DNA of 64,000 nt, from positions 1,550,001-1,614,000 of the forward strand of contig CP158636.1 of NCBI GenBank assembly GCA_050273025.1, written 5' to 3'. Positions 13,802 to 26,046 of the stretch are shown piece after piece (positions within the stretch are counted from its first letter, which is position 1; each line of letters begins with the position of its first letter). A program made the position numbers and the translations under genes. The notes beneath the pieces were generated by a model. It was not told the origin of the DNA and ran no database searches. It worked only from the letters and a program-made list of their open reading frames with translations. Origin of the DNA: Cenococcum geophilum (lineage: Eukaryota).

Positions 13802-13906
13802 ACCCCATAAAGATTAAGGTCCTACTACTTTTTCTATTCTTTAACATTAATCGTCTACGCCTTGCCCTATATTTATTACCATAGCTATCCAAACTTCTTT
13901 ATAAAA

Positions 13907-15542
13907 ATGTCGCTAATTACCTAACAAACTTCCTTAGCCCAAAGTCCCATACGTAAGGGGCGAACGCCTACTCGTATACTAAGGTCAACAACTAAAGCCT
14001 CCTTTAAAGAGCGAGGTTTATTAAGCGCGACGCGTAAAAAGGCTATAAGTAAAGCTGTTAGCGAGGGGGGCGTTTGTTTTCCTTATAAGGAGGTTATTAA
14101 AACTAAAGCAGGTATCCCTACCTTAAGCGTAAACTATAATAGCTTTTTATTCCCTTAGCTATAACTTATTTTAATAATGCTAACTTCTCTAAGATCTTCC
14201 TAAAATAGAAGAATAGTAAAGCTCAGCTGCTATTACGCATAGTATTGCTGCGGAGTTAATAGTAATATTACCATATTTTATTAATCTAAGGATCTTGAAT
14301 CAAATAGCTTATAACCTTAATTATCTCGCCTAAGAGAATCACGTCTTAATAATAGGGCAATCGGAACCTCCTAGTTTTCAAACACCTAATAATAAAACAA
14401 ATAGCCTTCCGGACAAAGTTCTTTATCCTATAATAAAGGTAAAATTTATATATAAGTATTATGGCTCTATACTTAGGAACTAATATTTATGCGACAGTTA
14501 TAAAGGGTCCTACTATAAAGTTTATCTTAGATTGTATAGACGAACGAAACATAGTTAGACGAGATATTATTGCAGCTATATAGATTGCCGTTATACTAAG
14601 GGCGCAGGCCTTTCTTCTAAAAAAGCTCTTACCGCTTATATTAAGCGTCACGATTTAAACTGTTATAAAAGCATTCCAAATAGACCACAAATCCTTCCCT
14701 AGTATAGCGCCGCTTTAGAACCGATAAAACATTTATGCCCTTTACTAGGTTATAAGAAGGCTATTAAGATAGGTTTACCTTTAAAAGAAGATCTTCGCGG
14801 CTATATTAAAGACCACTACAACCTTAAAAGAGTTTATTATCCTTACTAAGATTATAGACAATTAACCGGCCTAGGGCTATCCTTAAAAAAAGCCCTTGCC
14901 CGCTACTTAAAAGATTCCTATAGTTCTAGAGCATATTTTTACCATTACGTTACCTGTATTTAAGCCAGAGGCAAAGGCCTACCCTCTAAAACTACTCTTC
15001 GCCGCTATATTAGGGATGTTTACAGCAATAAAAAGAAATGCCCCTACCCCGACTGCAAACAAGCTACTAGCAAAGGCTTTCGTAATATATCCCGCTTTCG
15101 CCGCCATATAGATGGACATTTTAAATTATATCTTTGCCCTTATATTAGTTGCAAATTCTCTAAAGGTAAAGGGCTGGGTACTAAAGAAGCTCTTTCTATA
15201 TATAAAAGGAGGGCTTATAGCTCTCTTTAATTCCACTATAGTATACCCAATTACAAAAAAGCTACTAGAAGAGGGTTATCTTACAAAGATAGTCTTTAAA
15301 ATTATATAATAATGGTCCACAGCTCTAGTTCCTATTATTGCCCTAATATTAACTGCAAATAAGCTACTAGCCGAGAGTTTTATTCGGAAAGAACTCTTTA
15401 GGGATATATAAACCGTATCCACGGCCCTTAATATAAATGCCCTATATCCGGCTGTAAACAATCCACTAATAAGGGTTTAGTATCTAAAGAGATTCTCTAA
15501 GATTATATAAAGTTATATAGGCGTAAAAATAACTAAGCGTAA
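13907..15542 (+). pseudogene. Polydactyl C2H2 zinc-finger protein relic (about 10 tandem fingers)
   Basis: One frame over 14490-15518 with repeated fingers, e.g. CPYPDCKQATSKGFRNISRFRRHIDGH, CPYISCKFSKGKGLGTKEALSI[Y>H]KRRA[Y>H], CPNINCK*ATSREFYSERTL*G[Y>H]INRIH and CPISGCKQSTNKGLVSKEIL*D[Y>H]IKL[Y>H]. Confidence 0.9.
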
Positions 15543-15977
15543 AGGTCACCGTATTATTACTAGTCTAATAGTTTATTTTATTTTACCTTCTCTAAGATTC
15601 GCCAATTACAATAGGGCTCTTTAGGTTCGATATTAGCAGGAATTATCCAATTAATAATATACAAACTCACGGCTGGTTTGGTTCCATTTTATTATATATT
15701 TTTAATAGATAAGAGCTATCTATCTATAGAATCGCACATTTCTTTAATTGGCATTCGGTGCAGGGTATATTCTTAAGAGAGAAGAGTTATCGATTTAGGT
15801 TAAATTTAGCCTATTACCCTATCTTTGTTCCTATTCCGGTTATACTACTACCCCTATTTCAGTTATATACTCCCCCTTCCTTTCCTATTTCAGACACCTA
15901 CCTTATATATAAATAGCTTCTTTTCCTTATAGTTTAAATAGACAGAGTCCTTATCCTTTACTTACTGTCGACCTAAA

Positions 15978-17692
15978 TCAGGTTATCTTATTACCGACTT
16001 AGCTACCTCCTATTAACTCGGTTATTAACTTGGTTATTAACTTGGTCATTGACTTAGTTACCTACCCCTTATTTCTATTGCCACCCCCCTACCCCCTTCC
16101 CTAAAAGGGCGCGCTATTAAAGTTGTTCTTGTTACTAAGTTTACAGGGCTTTTTATCTAAAAGGTTATTATAAAGCCTATAGGATTTCTTATCTAGGAAG
16201 CTCCCTAAGATATATATTCTTATAATTGGTTTATTTCTCGCTAGTACTGTTTCCTAATTCCTATCTTAATAACTTAAACTTCTAAAACAGAGCGAATACC
16301 AAGGCTTATAACAAAAGACTCCTCCCCATACTACATAATGAGATCTTTAGTATTAAACCCAGCTCTTTTAGCAATCTTTTAGCTCTATAATGTAAATAAT
16401 CCAGCTATTCCGGCACTATTAGAGTCGGCTAACTTTATACATACGTTTAACAGTAATGTCCTATAACTACGGCGCTAATAAGGCTTAAGTACCGCAAGTA
16501 TATTAACTGTTAATTTACACCCATTAAAGTATCTATAATTAATTAGTTAAAGGTATTAAATCTCTATATAATACATACTCTGATTTTTTATCTTTTATTT
16601 AGTCGGAGTATAACCAAACAGCATTTATATCTTTATCTCGACCTAGACTTACGGTATATTCTTTATAGTGCTTAAGGTAAGCTATTATATTATATTAGCA
16701 GTTTATTATTATAAAATAAGGGTGTTTACCTCTGTCATTATTAGATAATGTCCTTTTTAAGCCTGTTATAATAAGAGCACTAACAATAACCCTGTTACTG
16801 GTCCTTTTCCTATAGATATATCTTTGAGGAAGTTTTTCGGGAAACTCTTTTTCTTTAAGTAAATTATACCTGTTATATATAACAATGATTTCGGCGCCCC
16901 TTAAGAAAGCGTTAAAGGCTTAGAGCTAGAAGTCTACCAATATATCCCCCAGGTATTTAGAGTAATTTAGCCGCTAAAGTTTAAATACTAGGGAGTGGGA
17001 AAGCCCTATTATATAGATAAGAGCTAGATCTAGTAGATTATCTAATATAGCCCGGCGTAGAGTATTAGAGTAAAGCGCTCCTCTAGGTGCATCCTTAATA
17101 ATTGAGATCATTCTATTAGCAGGTTCAAAATCCCGCTCTATAGAAGTTAGGACTTCTCGGACATTCTTTACGTTAAAGCTTTATTTATCTTTAAGTATCT
17201 TTTCAATTTTTTTAGCCGTAGTTTATACCAACTCCTATAGAAGGTTCTTATTATAAGTTGTAGGAGTAGTGGGTATTAAATCGAGTAAAGGGGTCTTATA
17301 TATTATAAGAGTGCGCTAAATAAGATCTAAAAGATTTGTTGTAAGAGCTAGCGTCTATTCTTATTTCATTTCATTTAATATTTCGGTTATAAGGTTATAT
17401 ATTCCTACCAACTTAAGTGCTAACAATATGCTAAAGGACTGTTCGGGCTTAATGCTAGAGTGTTAATCCTTTCTTAAATTACTCTTACTACTTAATATAC
17501 CATTTTATTTAGGTTGCTAGAATAGTTGGCTTTTATATAGCTAATTATTTCATCGATTAGATTAAAGGAGAAGCGGGCTTAATATATACCTTTATATAAG
17601 TTCGTGTATATAGCGCCACGTCTTTTATACGCAAGCTATTCTAAACGCGATAATTACTCCCAGTCCGCTTCTATTATAACAGGCTAGGTCAT
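15978..17692 (-). pseudogene. Gene relic with possible degenerate Ulp1/C48 (SUMO protease)-like domain
   Basis: L*RLNYSKYLGDILVDF (16929-16980) resembles the Ulp1 'L.RL....WLND.IIDF' motif. HPYFIIINC (about 16700-16725) and DSNSAGI (about 16405-16427) follow in the expected order, but the catalytic Cys position reads Ala. Confidence 0.3.
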
Positions 17693-20620
17693 GCGCGCCT
17701 TATTCTAATTCCCCCCTTCTAAAAAAAAAGCCTTTATAATAAGCCACTTTGTCATTCCTACATGTAAGGAGAAGGGATATAGTATTTGAGCTAGTGTCTA
17801 GAATGGAACGCACTAATCTAAATTAAGATGGCTAGCTGTGAATATAAATGGATTACTGCCGCTTGTCTTAGAGTCTGTAGTAGGGGCAAGCTCGTGGCGT
17901 ATACATTGCATAACGACTACTTTTATACCATTTGGCCCAAATCTGGCCGCTTCACTATCGCAATTACTAGCGTACGCTAGGTTATTAGATGCTCGGTTAT
18001 ATAGCTCGTATTTTATAAGCGTTTTATATTATAACTAGGTCCTATATTAGAAAAAGATAATTATACCCCTAACCAATTTAATAGTCCAAGAATTAGAAAT
18101 GAATTAATATTAGCGAGTAATTAATTAAGTTAGAAGAACGTAAAATATATCTGCTTTTCAGATCATCTCCTCTAACTCTATATCTCCCTTTAAGACCAGC
18201 TCCCTATCTTCTTCCAACCCCTAATACAACTTCTCTTAAGAAGGAATAGGAGTTAAAATAGGCATAGGAGATGTAAAACCACCCCAAGTAATTAGATTGG
18301 CCGTTATGCCGCGTAAGTGGCAGTAGCTCCCTGGTGAAATCGCACTATTTTTACCTTTAAGATAGTAGCAGTTTTGTTCTACGGCCTTAATTGTATTCGC
18401 GGTTCCCTTGCACTACCTTAAGGCATTAATAATCATAGCACGCATGCCCTAGAATAGTGGTAAGAGATAGCTCTTATACTAAGTTTAAGTCAATATACCT
18501 TAGGGGAGCAGTATAAGGATATAGGTAAATTAACGTAGCGTTAACCCTTAAACATAAGGGTAAAAAGTAGAGTAGATTTAACTACTGTTATAATATACCC
18601 CGATTTCCCCTTCTGTATACGCTTTTTTATAAATACTTCCTAAGCGTATAATAGAATAATCCTCTTCTCTATATCCTCTAAAAAGAATTCGTTATATAAA
18701 ATGGAATTATAAATCTTTAGATTTTTAAACCCTTCTAGTATGGAATCTCGCAGCGTCTAAATATAGTAAGTATAAGTATTAGAAAGTTCTAATTAGTTAT
18801 ACCTAATATATAAGGCACTTAATTATTAGATATTTATAAATACTACTATACTAGTTAATAAGCATAACTTTTATCCACTATACCGGACTAATAAGATCCC
18901 TTAAAACTTATAGGTTATCTAAGGGCGCGGGGTCCTTAGCTGTTGGAGAGGATTTTAAAGATATTATATAAAGGCCGGGAGGCCCTAAGGGTGGAGAAGG
19001 ATAAGCAGTTTGCATTTTATATTTAAGCTTATGTTTATAAATTTAACAGAATAAATCCTAGGGTAAGGAGCTCCCTATTATATATAGGCTAAGCTAAGCT
19101 AGCAGGCCGTCCTCCTTTTTAAACGCAGTGCATATTAAAAGCAAGCTAGTGTTCTGCTAAGACCCCCGTCTGATCTATATATACTAAACATAGCTCCTTA
19201 TAGGGGGTATAAGGACGTAGAGCGGGAGAACGCCATCTAGTTAATACGTTACGTTTAAAAATCTAGGTTTAGGGAGATGCGTTGCCTACCTAGACGCTTT
19301 GTATATAAGAGGGGTTGGTATCTTCTAGTAGGTTTTTAAGGCTTAGCTTGCAGATTAATAACGATAGAAAAGGGTCCTGCTCTTAATATTAGGAAGCCCC
19401 CGGCCTAAACCTAAGCTTATTAATATTCTAGTATATAATTAAATACTGTAAAGATATGTATAGACAGAGGATAGAGCGCAAAAGCGTAAAAGCTAGACAT
19501 TATAGCCTTATAGGTTATAATATTAGTCAGTTAGTACTATTTCTCTTCTACGAACCTTAATTGTGGGAATTAAATTATATAGCTATCCGATTCAGCTACC
19601 CCCATTAATATTTCCCTAAATTTCTCTAAATCTAACTTCGTGTTCTATGTGTTCACTATTAATCTTAGTATTTAAGGGGTATACATTAGACTCTAATGCG
19701 TTGAGGCTGTCTACTCAGAAAAATCTCTAAAGATATTTATTACAGCAGTAGGTTGGCCTTCCGTTTATAAGAATTAGAAATATATACTAGTAGTTAAATA
19801 AAGCAGGGACCTACGGGTTTGTTTATAATAATTACTATAAAGCCTAATACTAAGGCTATATAACTATACTATATATTAGGAAACTAATAGCTAAAATTAA
19901 AGGGGCTTTGTATATCCCGGTTGCGATTATAATATAACTAGTCTCCTTAATAGTGCAGAATATAACGGAAACTACTAATATAAACTATATACTAATTAAC
20001 TAAATAGAGAGTGCGGATATAGGATAATCCTATATATAGACTAATTACGTAAGCCAAAGATAAATGGCAGTTAAATAAAAAACTAACTAAAGAGCCCTAT
20101 TTTAACGATAGAGGGGTTTAGATTCCTATAAAGCTAAGCTATTATAGTAAAGAGGGTAAGGTAAATAAATCTGCCTATAGGAGCTATAATCTTAAATATC
20201 TAAAAGGAAAACAATAAGGGTAAAAGAGGGAGAGGGCTAGCTTATAAGGCATTATTCTTTAGGAATAAGGCAAGCCACCGCTAAAATAACTCAATTAAGC
20301 GGCTTTTTTAGTAAGTTAGTGCCTAATATAAAAGAAAGCACCTAGGGCGTCTAGGGGTTAGTCACCTCCTAGTACTGGATTTAGAGGCTAATTATATATA
20401 ATAGTGTAATAGGTTTTAGGTAATGCTATATAGGAAAAGAGGAGAGTATAAACCCTTTATTTCTTAATAGAGCTAGTAACTTATAAGCTTTCTATAATGA
20501 CTATACTAAGTAGTAAAAGGAGTAATAAATAAGAGCTATATAAAAAAGCTTAAGGCAGTAAATGTAGTATATAAGGCAAACGTGTATGCTTATTTAAACT
20601 AGGCGAAGTTAGCTTTAACG

Positions 20621-20751
20621 TAAGTAATAGGGTTATAAAGGTATCCCTAGTTATAAAGGTTTTGTATATTAAAACAAGCGTATAAATAAAATTTATTTAC
20701 AAAACCTGCAATCCTTTATAACTAGGGACACCTTTATAACCCCATCACTTA
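20621..20751. repeat. Imperfect 39-bp inverted repeat (MITE/hairpin-like)
   Basis: 20621-20659 TAAGTAATAGGGTTATAAAGGTATCCCTAGTTATAAAGG versus the reverse complement of 20713-20751 differs at three G/A positions. Confidence 0.85.
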
Positions 20752-21032
20752 TATTATATTATTATAACCTCGTCTTTTTTTTTAAATTAAGGATATGCCG
20801 TCTTAGAAGCTATACCTCTTTCTTTTACAAATCGTTTATAGAATGCCGCGGATATTGGACTTAATATTAATATCCGCCAAAAGCTTTTATGTCTCCCTAA
20901 TAGGATATAGAGACTAAACTAATTAATTAATATATAACGGATCGTGGATCGCGGAAAGCGTAAGGTTTATAGTAGGGAAGGAAAGCGACTTTCTAATAGC
21001 GTTATTGCTTTACCTATATAGTTAGTCGTATA

Positions 21033-21106
21033 TTAGCGCGCTAAGCCTAATTAAGGGCCCCTTTTTCGACAAAAAAAGGGGCCCTTAATTAGGCTTAGCG
21101 CGCTAA
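21033..21106. repeat. Perfect 34-bp inverted repeat with 6-nt spacer
   Basis: TTAGCGCGCTAAGCCTAATTAAGGGCCCCTTTTT-cgacaa-AAAAAGGGGCCCTTAATTAGGCTTAGCGCGCTAA. Confidence 0.95.
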
Positions 21107-21225
21107 CCTAGAATAGGTCTCTTCCTAATTTCTCCCTCTAACGTATAATAAGCTCAGCCTTAAGTTAAGAGATAATATAAATAGCAGAAAGAGTCTTTAT
21201 AATTTTAAAGGAGATAAAGAAAAGT

Positions 21226-21333
21226 ACCTTCGTTACCTTAAGGAATCCTATTCTTCGCTTAAGAAGGAAGTTATTCACCTTCGTTACCTTAAGGAATATT
21301 CTTCTTCACTTAAGAAGGAAGTTGTTTACCTTC
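21226..21333. repeat. 51-bp tandem repeat, 2+ copies (probably coding on the minus strand)
   Basis: ACCTTCGTTACCTTAAGGAAT at 21226 and 21277, with ACCTTC again at 21328. Confidence 0.8.
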
Positions 21334-21929
21334 AAAATTAAGTAGATTAAATTGCCCCTTATCCTAGCTCTCCGCTTTAGTATTAGCAAAGCGTTCTAAC
21401 TCTACTACCTCTACCTTAGCATCAATCTGGCGCCCCAATTCTACCTCTCCCCTTAATTAATTCTCAGCCTCAGCCTTACTAACAAACTGGCTCTCTACTC
21501 TAGTCTTATATCCCTTAACACGCTAGTTTGCGTCCTACAGTTATTAATAAAAACTAGCTAATTAAATTAATTAAATAAGGCTATTCGCGTTGTTTTAATT
21601 CTAGTTCTGCACGGACCACTTAATCTTAAGTCCTTTTTGCTAGAATATCTAATACTATTAAGCTCTTAGCCGTAGCATCCGGAGAGGAAATGTCCTCTTA
21701 GAATGCTCGCCTACTAAACTTATAAGTAGTTAGTGGTTATATAATAGGGGCCTAAACTTAGAGGATAACGTGTTTCCGTAGCTCTGTCCTCCATTAAGCC
21801 ATATTAAACGAAGTTTAAATAGTACTATATTCCTAAGCTGATTTTCAGCCTATAAAGCCTCTCTCGCCTATAGGCCTAAGTCCTACTAAATAATTTTGCG
21901 TCTCTTTATATTTCGATATCTAACTTAAA

Positions 21930-22430
21930 TTATAACTCTAATAACGCCTTTCCTCGCTCCCCTGGTCTTTAACCTATTAAGCTAAAAGCTACTCCCTTAC
22001 CTTTACCTCCTCCGTTTACCCCTTAATAAGCTCTAATTCTACCACATTGAAGAGGCCGAATAGAACGCAATACTTGGCCTAGCTAAGGCGACGCAGTTCT
22101 AATAAGTTTTATTAACCCTAACCGCCTAGATATCGCCGCAATCGCAGGCTAAAGTCTATTAAACTTCGCTTTTAAGTCAGAGGTAAGTGACCTAGAGGAT
22201 AACAAGATATTTAAAGAAGCAGAAAGTCGAAATATAATAGCCGATATTTCTAATTCCAACTAAGAAGAAAGCGGCAATAGTATCGCTATAAATATAGAGC
22301 CAAGACCCAATACAGTTAAAGGTGTAGATTGCCCGTCTATATATAAGATGCTCCGGGTAAATATATAATCAAAAGTGTAAATAGATAAAGCTAAGGCAAA
22401 AGGCTTGCTAGATGAGGAGTTAAACTAAAC
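21930..22430 (+). pseudogene. N-terminal fragment resembling a fungal C2H2 transcription-factor family
   Basis: PS*GDAVLISFINPNRLDIAAIAG at 22078-22149, preceded by a Pro-rich segment. Recalled from memory as the PSQGDAVLI..PDIA motif of Pezizomycotina C2H2 TFs; no fingers seen downstream. Confidence 0.45.
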
Positions 22431-22552
22431 AGTATACTTCTTTTAAGCACTTTTATAAATAGAATACGGAGTATATAAGGAGTGGACATATAGGTTAAAA
22501 TTACAAATAAAGTCAATTTAAAAGGCGCTATAGTGTCTCTTCTTGCCGTTTT

Positions 22553-22960
22553 CTTCTGTGCCGCGATTCCAATACCTTTAGCTATTAGAATTGCCGTTCT
22601 AAAGTTACCTAGCCTAGGGGGTAATCTATAAGGCCTATCGACCTAGCTTAGGAACTTATTTTCTTTTTAATAGACTAATTTATAGATAAATCCTCGTCGG
22701 CTGTGTTCTTCTAGGAGAAGATTAATCTCTATCCTATCTTTGTTCCACTATATAATTATAAATGGGTGTGTCTGCGCAAACCACTAGAAGCTTATACTAG
22801 GGGTCTAAAGCTAAATATACTAGCCGGCGCGGAAGTCCAATGGCCGGGTAAGTGTAATTAAAAGGTATAAGGCATCTAAGAGGTGCTATAACACCGTATT
22901 TACTCTTGATTTCCTAAACCGGATATTACAGTAAAGTATCTATAAGGTATAAAGCACTAT
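22553..22960 (-). pseudogene. Ferric-reductase-like FAD/NAD-binding fragment
   Basis: ITLTRPLDFRAG*YI*L*TPSISF*WFAQTHPFII*W...VDRPY...TAILIAKGIGIAAQ; motif order matches the gene at 44.4-46.3 kb. Confidence 0.8.
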
Positions 22961-23427
22961 TATTATTCTAAGGAGACTAAGTGCCGTAATAGGATTATTA
23001 AGATAGATTTAATTAAGGCTAGTGCTAGGATTTATATATTATAATATCATAAGCCCTATAAATTATATAGTACTAAGTTTTTATATCCAACATATCTAAC
23101 TCTTTATCTGGTATGTCTATAAGGCACCAAGTTATTATATCTAACTCTATTTAGCTCTTTTTCCATTTCCACCGGATATTCCTTGCAGGCTTTATATTTA
23201 CACGTATACGTTATTCTACGTTTTAGCGGACCATCGCCGTAGTAACACTAGCAGCGATTACGATAAGCTTAACAATTAAAAAGGCTAGACTTATACAATA
23301 CTAGACTAGATAGCTGGATATGGGAGACTGGGAGTAGTTGGCCCCTACAACTCCCGTTATAGGAAATCTATATAGCCCACATTAGCACTATTAAAACAGC
23401 GATAGTGGTTAAAGCCTATATAGATTT

Positions 23428-23487
23428 ACACTTATATATTAAATGCTTATAATTGGAGCACCTTTCCCCAAGTCCAGCTCCGTCACA
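23428..23487 (-). pseudogene. Partial Zn(II)2Cys6 cluster fragment
   Basis: CDGAGLGERCSN[Y>C]KHLIYKC corresponds to the last four Cys of the cluster. Confidence 0.5.
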
Positions 23488-23865
23488 ATAGTACTATACC
23501 TTCTATTAGACCATTTAATATTATATTAGAAGGATATATACGCAAATCCGGCGTTGCTGCGGCGACTGAAATTGTTATTATAGGGCCTATGGAATTATCT
23601 AATAGCAAAACTCATAATACGTGGTTTATAACTCTTAGGGTAATCTTTTTAGGCGGATTCAATAAGCGTGTTTTCTTTTTAGTTAGATCCGGTACTAAGA
23701 TTAAGCTTTTTAAGTTGCCCTAATAGTTGCGTATAATTTTCTATACTAAATATTCTTTGCTAGGAAAGGCTAAAAGTTAGGAATTTATAGTAGATATACG
23801 GGGCAGCCTAAAAGGTAGAAGTCTCGGCATATTATATAAGCTCTCATTCTGCGGGCCGTATATTA

Positions 23866-24216
23866 TTTCATGGCTACCAATATATATGTAGCTTTGTTAA
23901 GAAGCAAAATCTTTAAATTTTTAAGAAAGGCCCTCGCGATAGTAATGCGTTGACGCTTACTACCTAAGAGTTTAATACCTCCTTCCCTAACTACTATACT
24001 ATATCCAGTATTGTAATATATAATCCGTTTATATATAGAAGCGGCTTTGCAGCTTTTTATAATTTTAATATTATTAGTATAGAGCCCGTATAATACAATT
24101 TCCCTAATTAACCTATTTGGTGCTTTAAGGTTTTAGGGTATAACTGCTATATTTTCTCGCAGACTTCTTAGTATAACATCGCTAATATTTTGGCCATTAA
24201 TTTTAATGCTCTCCGC
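23866..24216 (-). pseudogene. ABC transporter ATPase C-terminal fragment (ABCB half-transporter, ATM1/HMT1-like)
   Basis: SIKINGQNISDVILRSLRENIAVIP*N...GYSIVVREGGIKLLGSKRQRITIARAFLKNLKILLLNKAT gives a RIPed Q-loop, LSGG signature and Walker B. No Walker A or TM domain. Confidence 0.85.
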
Positions 24217-26046
24217 CTATTGTACACCGACAACCTTTACCTTCTTCTCCTTCGCCTCTAGCACCGCATCCTTCTATTCGTCTACTTGCTTAAAAGCTCG
24301 CTAAGGCTCCTTCTTACGCGTTAGCAGAAAGCCCTAGATCTTAGCTAGCGAGAATTTGCCTTTAGGAATATAATCAGTGAAAGCATCGGCTAGTTCCCTT
24401 AGCGTCTTGCTAGAGAGATAGTTATAAGCTAAGTACTTCCCTCCCTTAAATCCGCTAACTCCGTTGATTTTATTGATGCTATTAATGTTATTGATCCTAT
24501 TAATCCCATTTACTATCTCCGCCGACCTGTTAAGGCTACTATTTAAAGTAGGCTTAAGCACGCCATTTATTAGACTAGACCTACTACGCCGCTTTAGGAC
24601 CTTATTATTCTTGTTTAAGTATATATAGATAAAGATGTCTTAAATCTAGTCGCGCGTTATAAGCGTAAACTTAATCTATATATTGACTCTACTAGGACGG
24701 ATAAGGGCTTTATCTAACTTCTCTAGATAATTTATTGTTATAATAAGGACTCTACCCTTATAAGTAGCGACGCTATTAATGGCGTTGAGTAGACTAAAAA
24801 GCGAAATACCCTATTTTATATTGTCGTTCTACTTATTTTAACGGTTTGCGGACTTAATCGCTTTAGCTAAGTTAGTAACATTTAACTCTTAGACTATCTT
24901 ACCTCCTTTAGAATCCGCCTCGTCCTCCTCTTCCTTCTTATTACTCTTCTCATCTCTTAGCAGACCTATAGTATTAATATCCTCTAGAAAAACAATATAG
25001 CGGCAAGGGAGGTTATTAAACAGCCGGTTAAGGTTAGATTCCGTAAGAGTAGGTTTAAGTAAAGAAATATAGAATATGTCTAGCCTAAAGATTCTAGTAA
25101 GGGTAAAGGAGAGCGACGTTTTGCCGGTCCTAGGAGGTCTATAAAAGAGATAACCGCGACAGTATAAAATACCGCGGGTGGCGTACTAGCGAGGGCTAGA
25201 CGGATAGAGATATTGATTAATATCCTCTATAACTTTGGTCTTTTACTTAGGGTTAAGTAATATAGTGTTTATTAGACGGGAAGGTCTAGACGAGACGCAG
25301 TCCCATAACCTAGCGCTATATTTATAATCCTTCCCCGCTAGCCGTTGAATAACTATTATAGCCTTTTCCTTCTTAAGTGACTATAACTTTATATAGTTAA
25401 GTAGGTTCTTAATAGGCTCTGTCGACCGTCTAATACATCTTAGTTTAATAAGCTCTTTATCGCCTCTATTTAGGGACTATAGACTAGCAGGTCTCTTTTA
25501 GCGCAAATAATTAAAGATAAATAGGTAGTCATTATGCCAGAACCTATATTTGCTAAAGTAGGGCTTATAGCGGGGTGGCAGCTTAGCTGCCTACTTTCCA
25601 AAATTAAAGATTCCCTTCTTGTTAAGCGCCTCCTTATTATCGCTATTGTCCCCCTAGTCGCCGTAAATGGTTCCCAGTCACGTGACAGCTTTCACTAAGT
25701 AAGAGATTTTCGATATGCGCTGCTCTGCAATCTATTGAAGTACACTATCGAATATATTATCTCTATTATTAATAAAAACTAATGACATAAAGAACTAAGA
25801 GAAGAAAGAGAAAGCTTTATTCTATATATAGGTTGCTAATATTACTACAGCGAACAGAATGAGACTAATTGAGACCACTATGCTAACGTTAAAGCCGAAG
25901 ATATCTAGAATAAATTTAGAAATAAGACCGTATCCTAGAATGAAAGCCTTAAGGACATTTAAAGGGAGATTAGTTAGATTTATTTATACGCTATTCTTAA
26001 ACGTATTAAAGCCTATAGGAAACTTAGGAAAACCTATCCTATCCAT
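24217..26046 (-). pseudogene. BCS1: Mitochondrial chaperone BCS1-family AAA ATPase, full-length relic
   Basis: N-terminal LKAFILGYGLISKFILDIFGF. RGYLFYRPPRTGKTSLSF (Walker A), IVFLEDIN (Walker B) and GISLFSLLNAINSVATYKGRVLIITINYLEKLDKALIRPSRV. One frameshift near 25165. Confidence 0.92.

Noticed and set aside
24221..24240. LTR start (TGTACACC...)
   Set aside because: It is the reverse complement of the BCS1 C-terminal codons, and no second LTR or gag/pol relic was seen.
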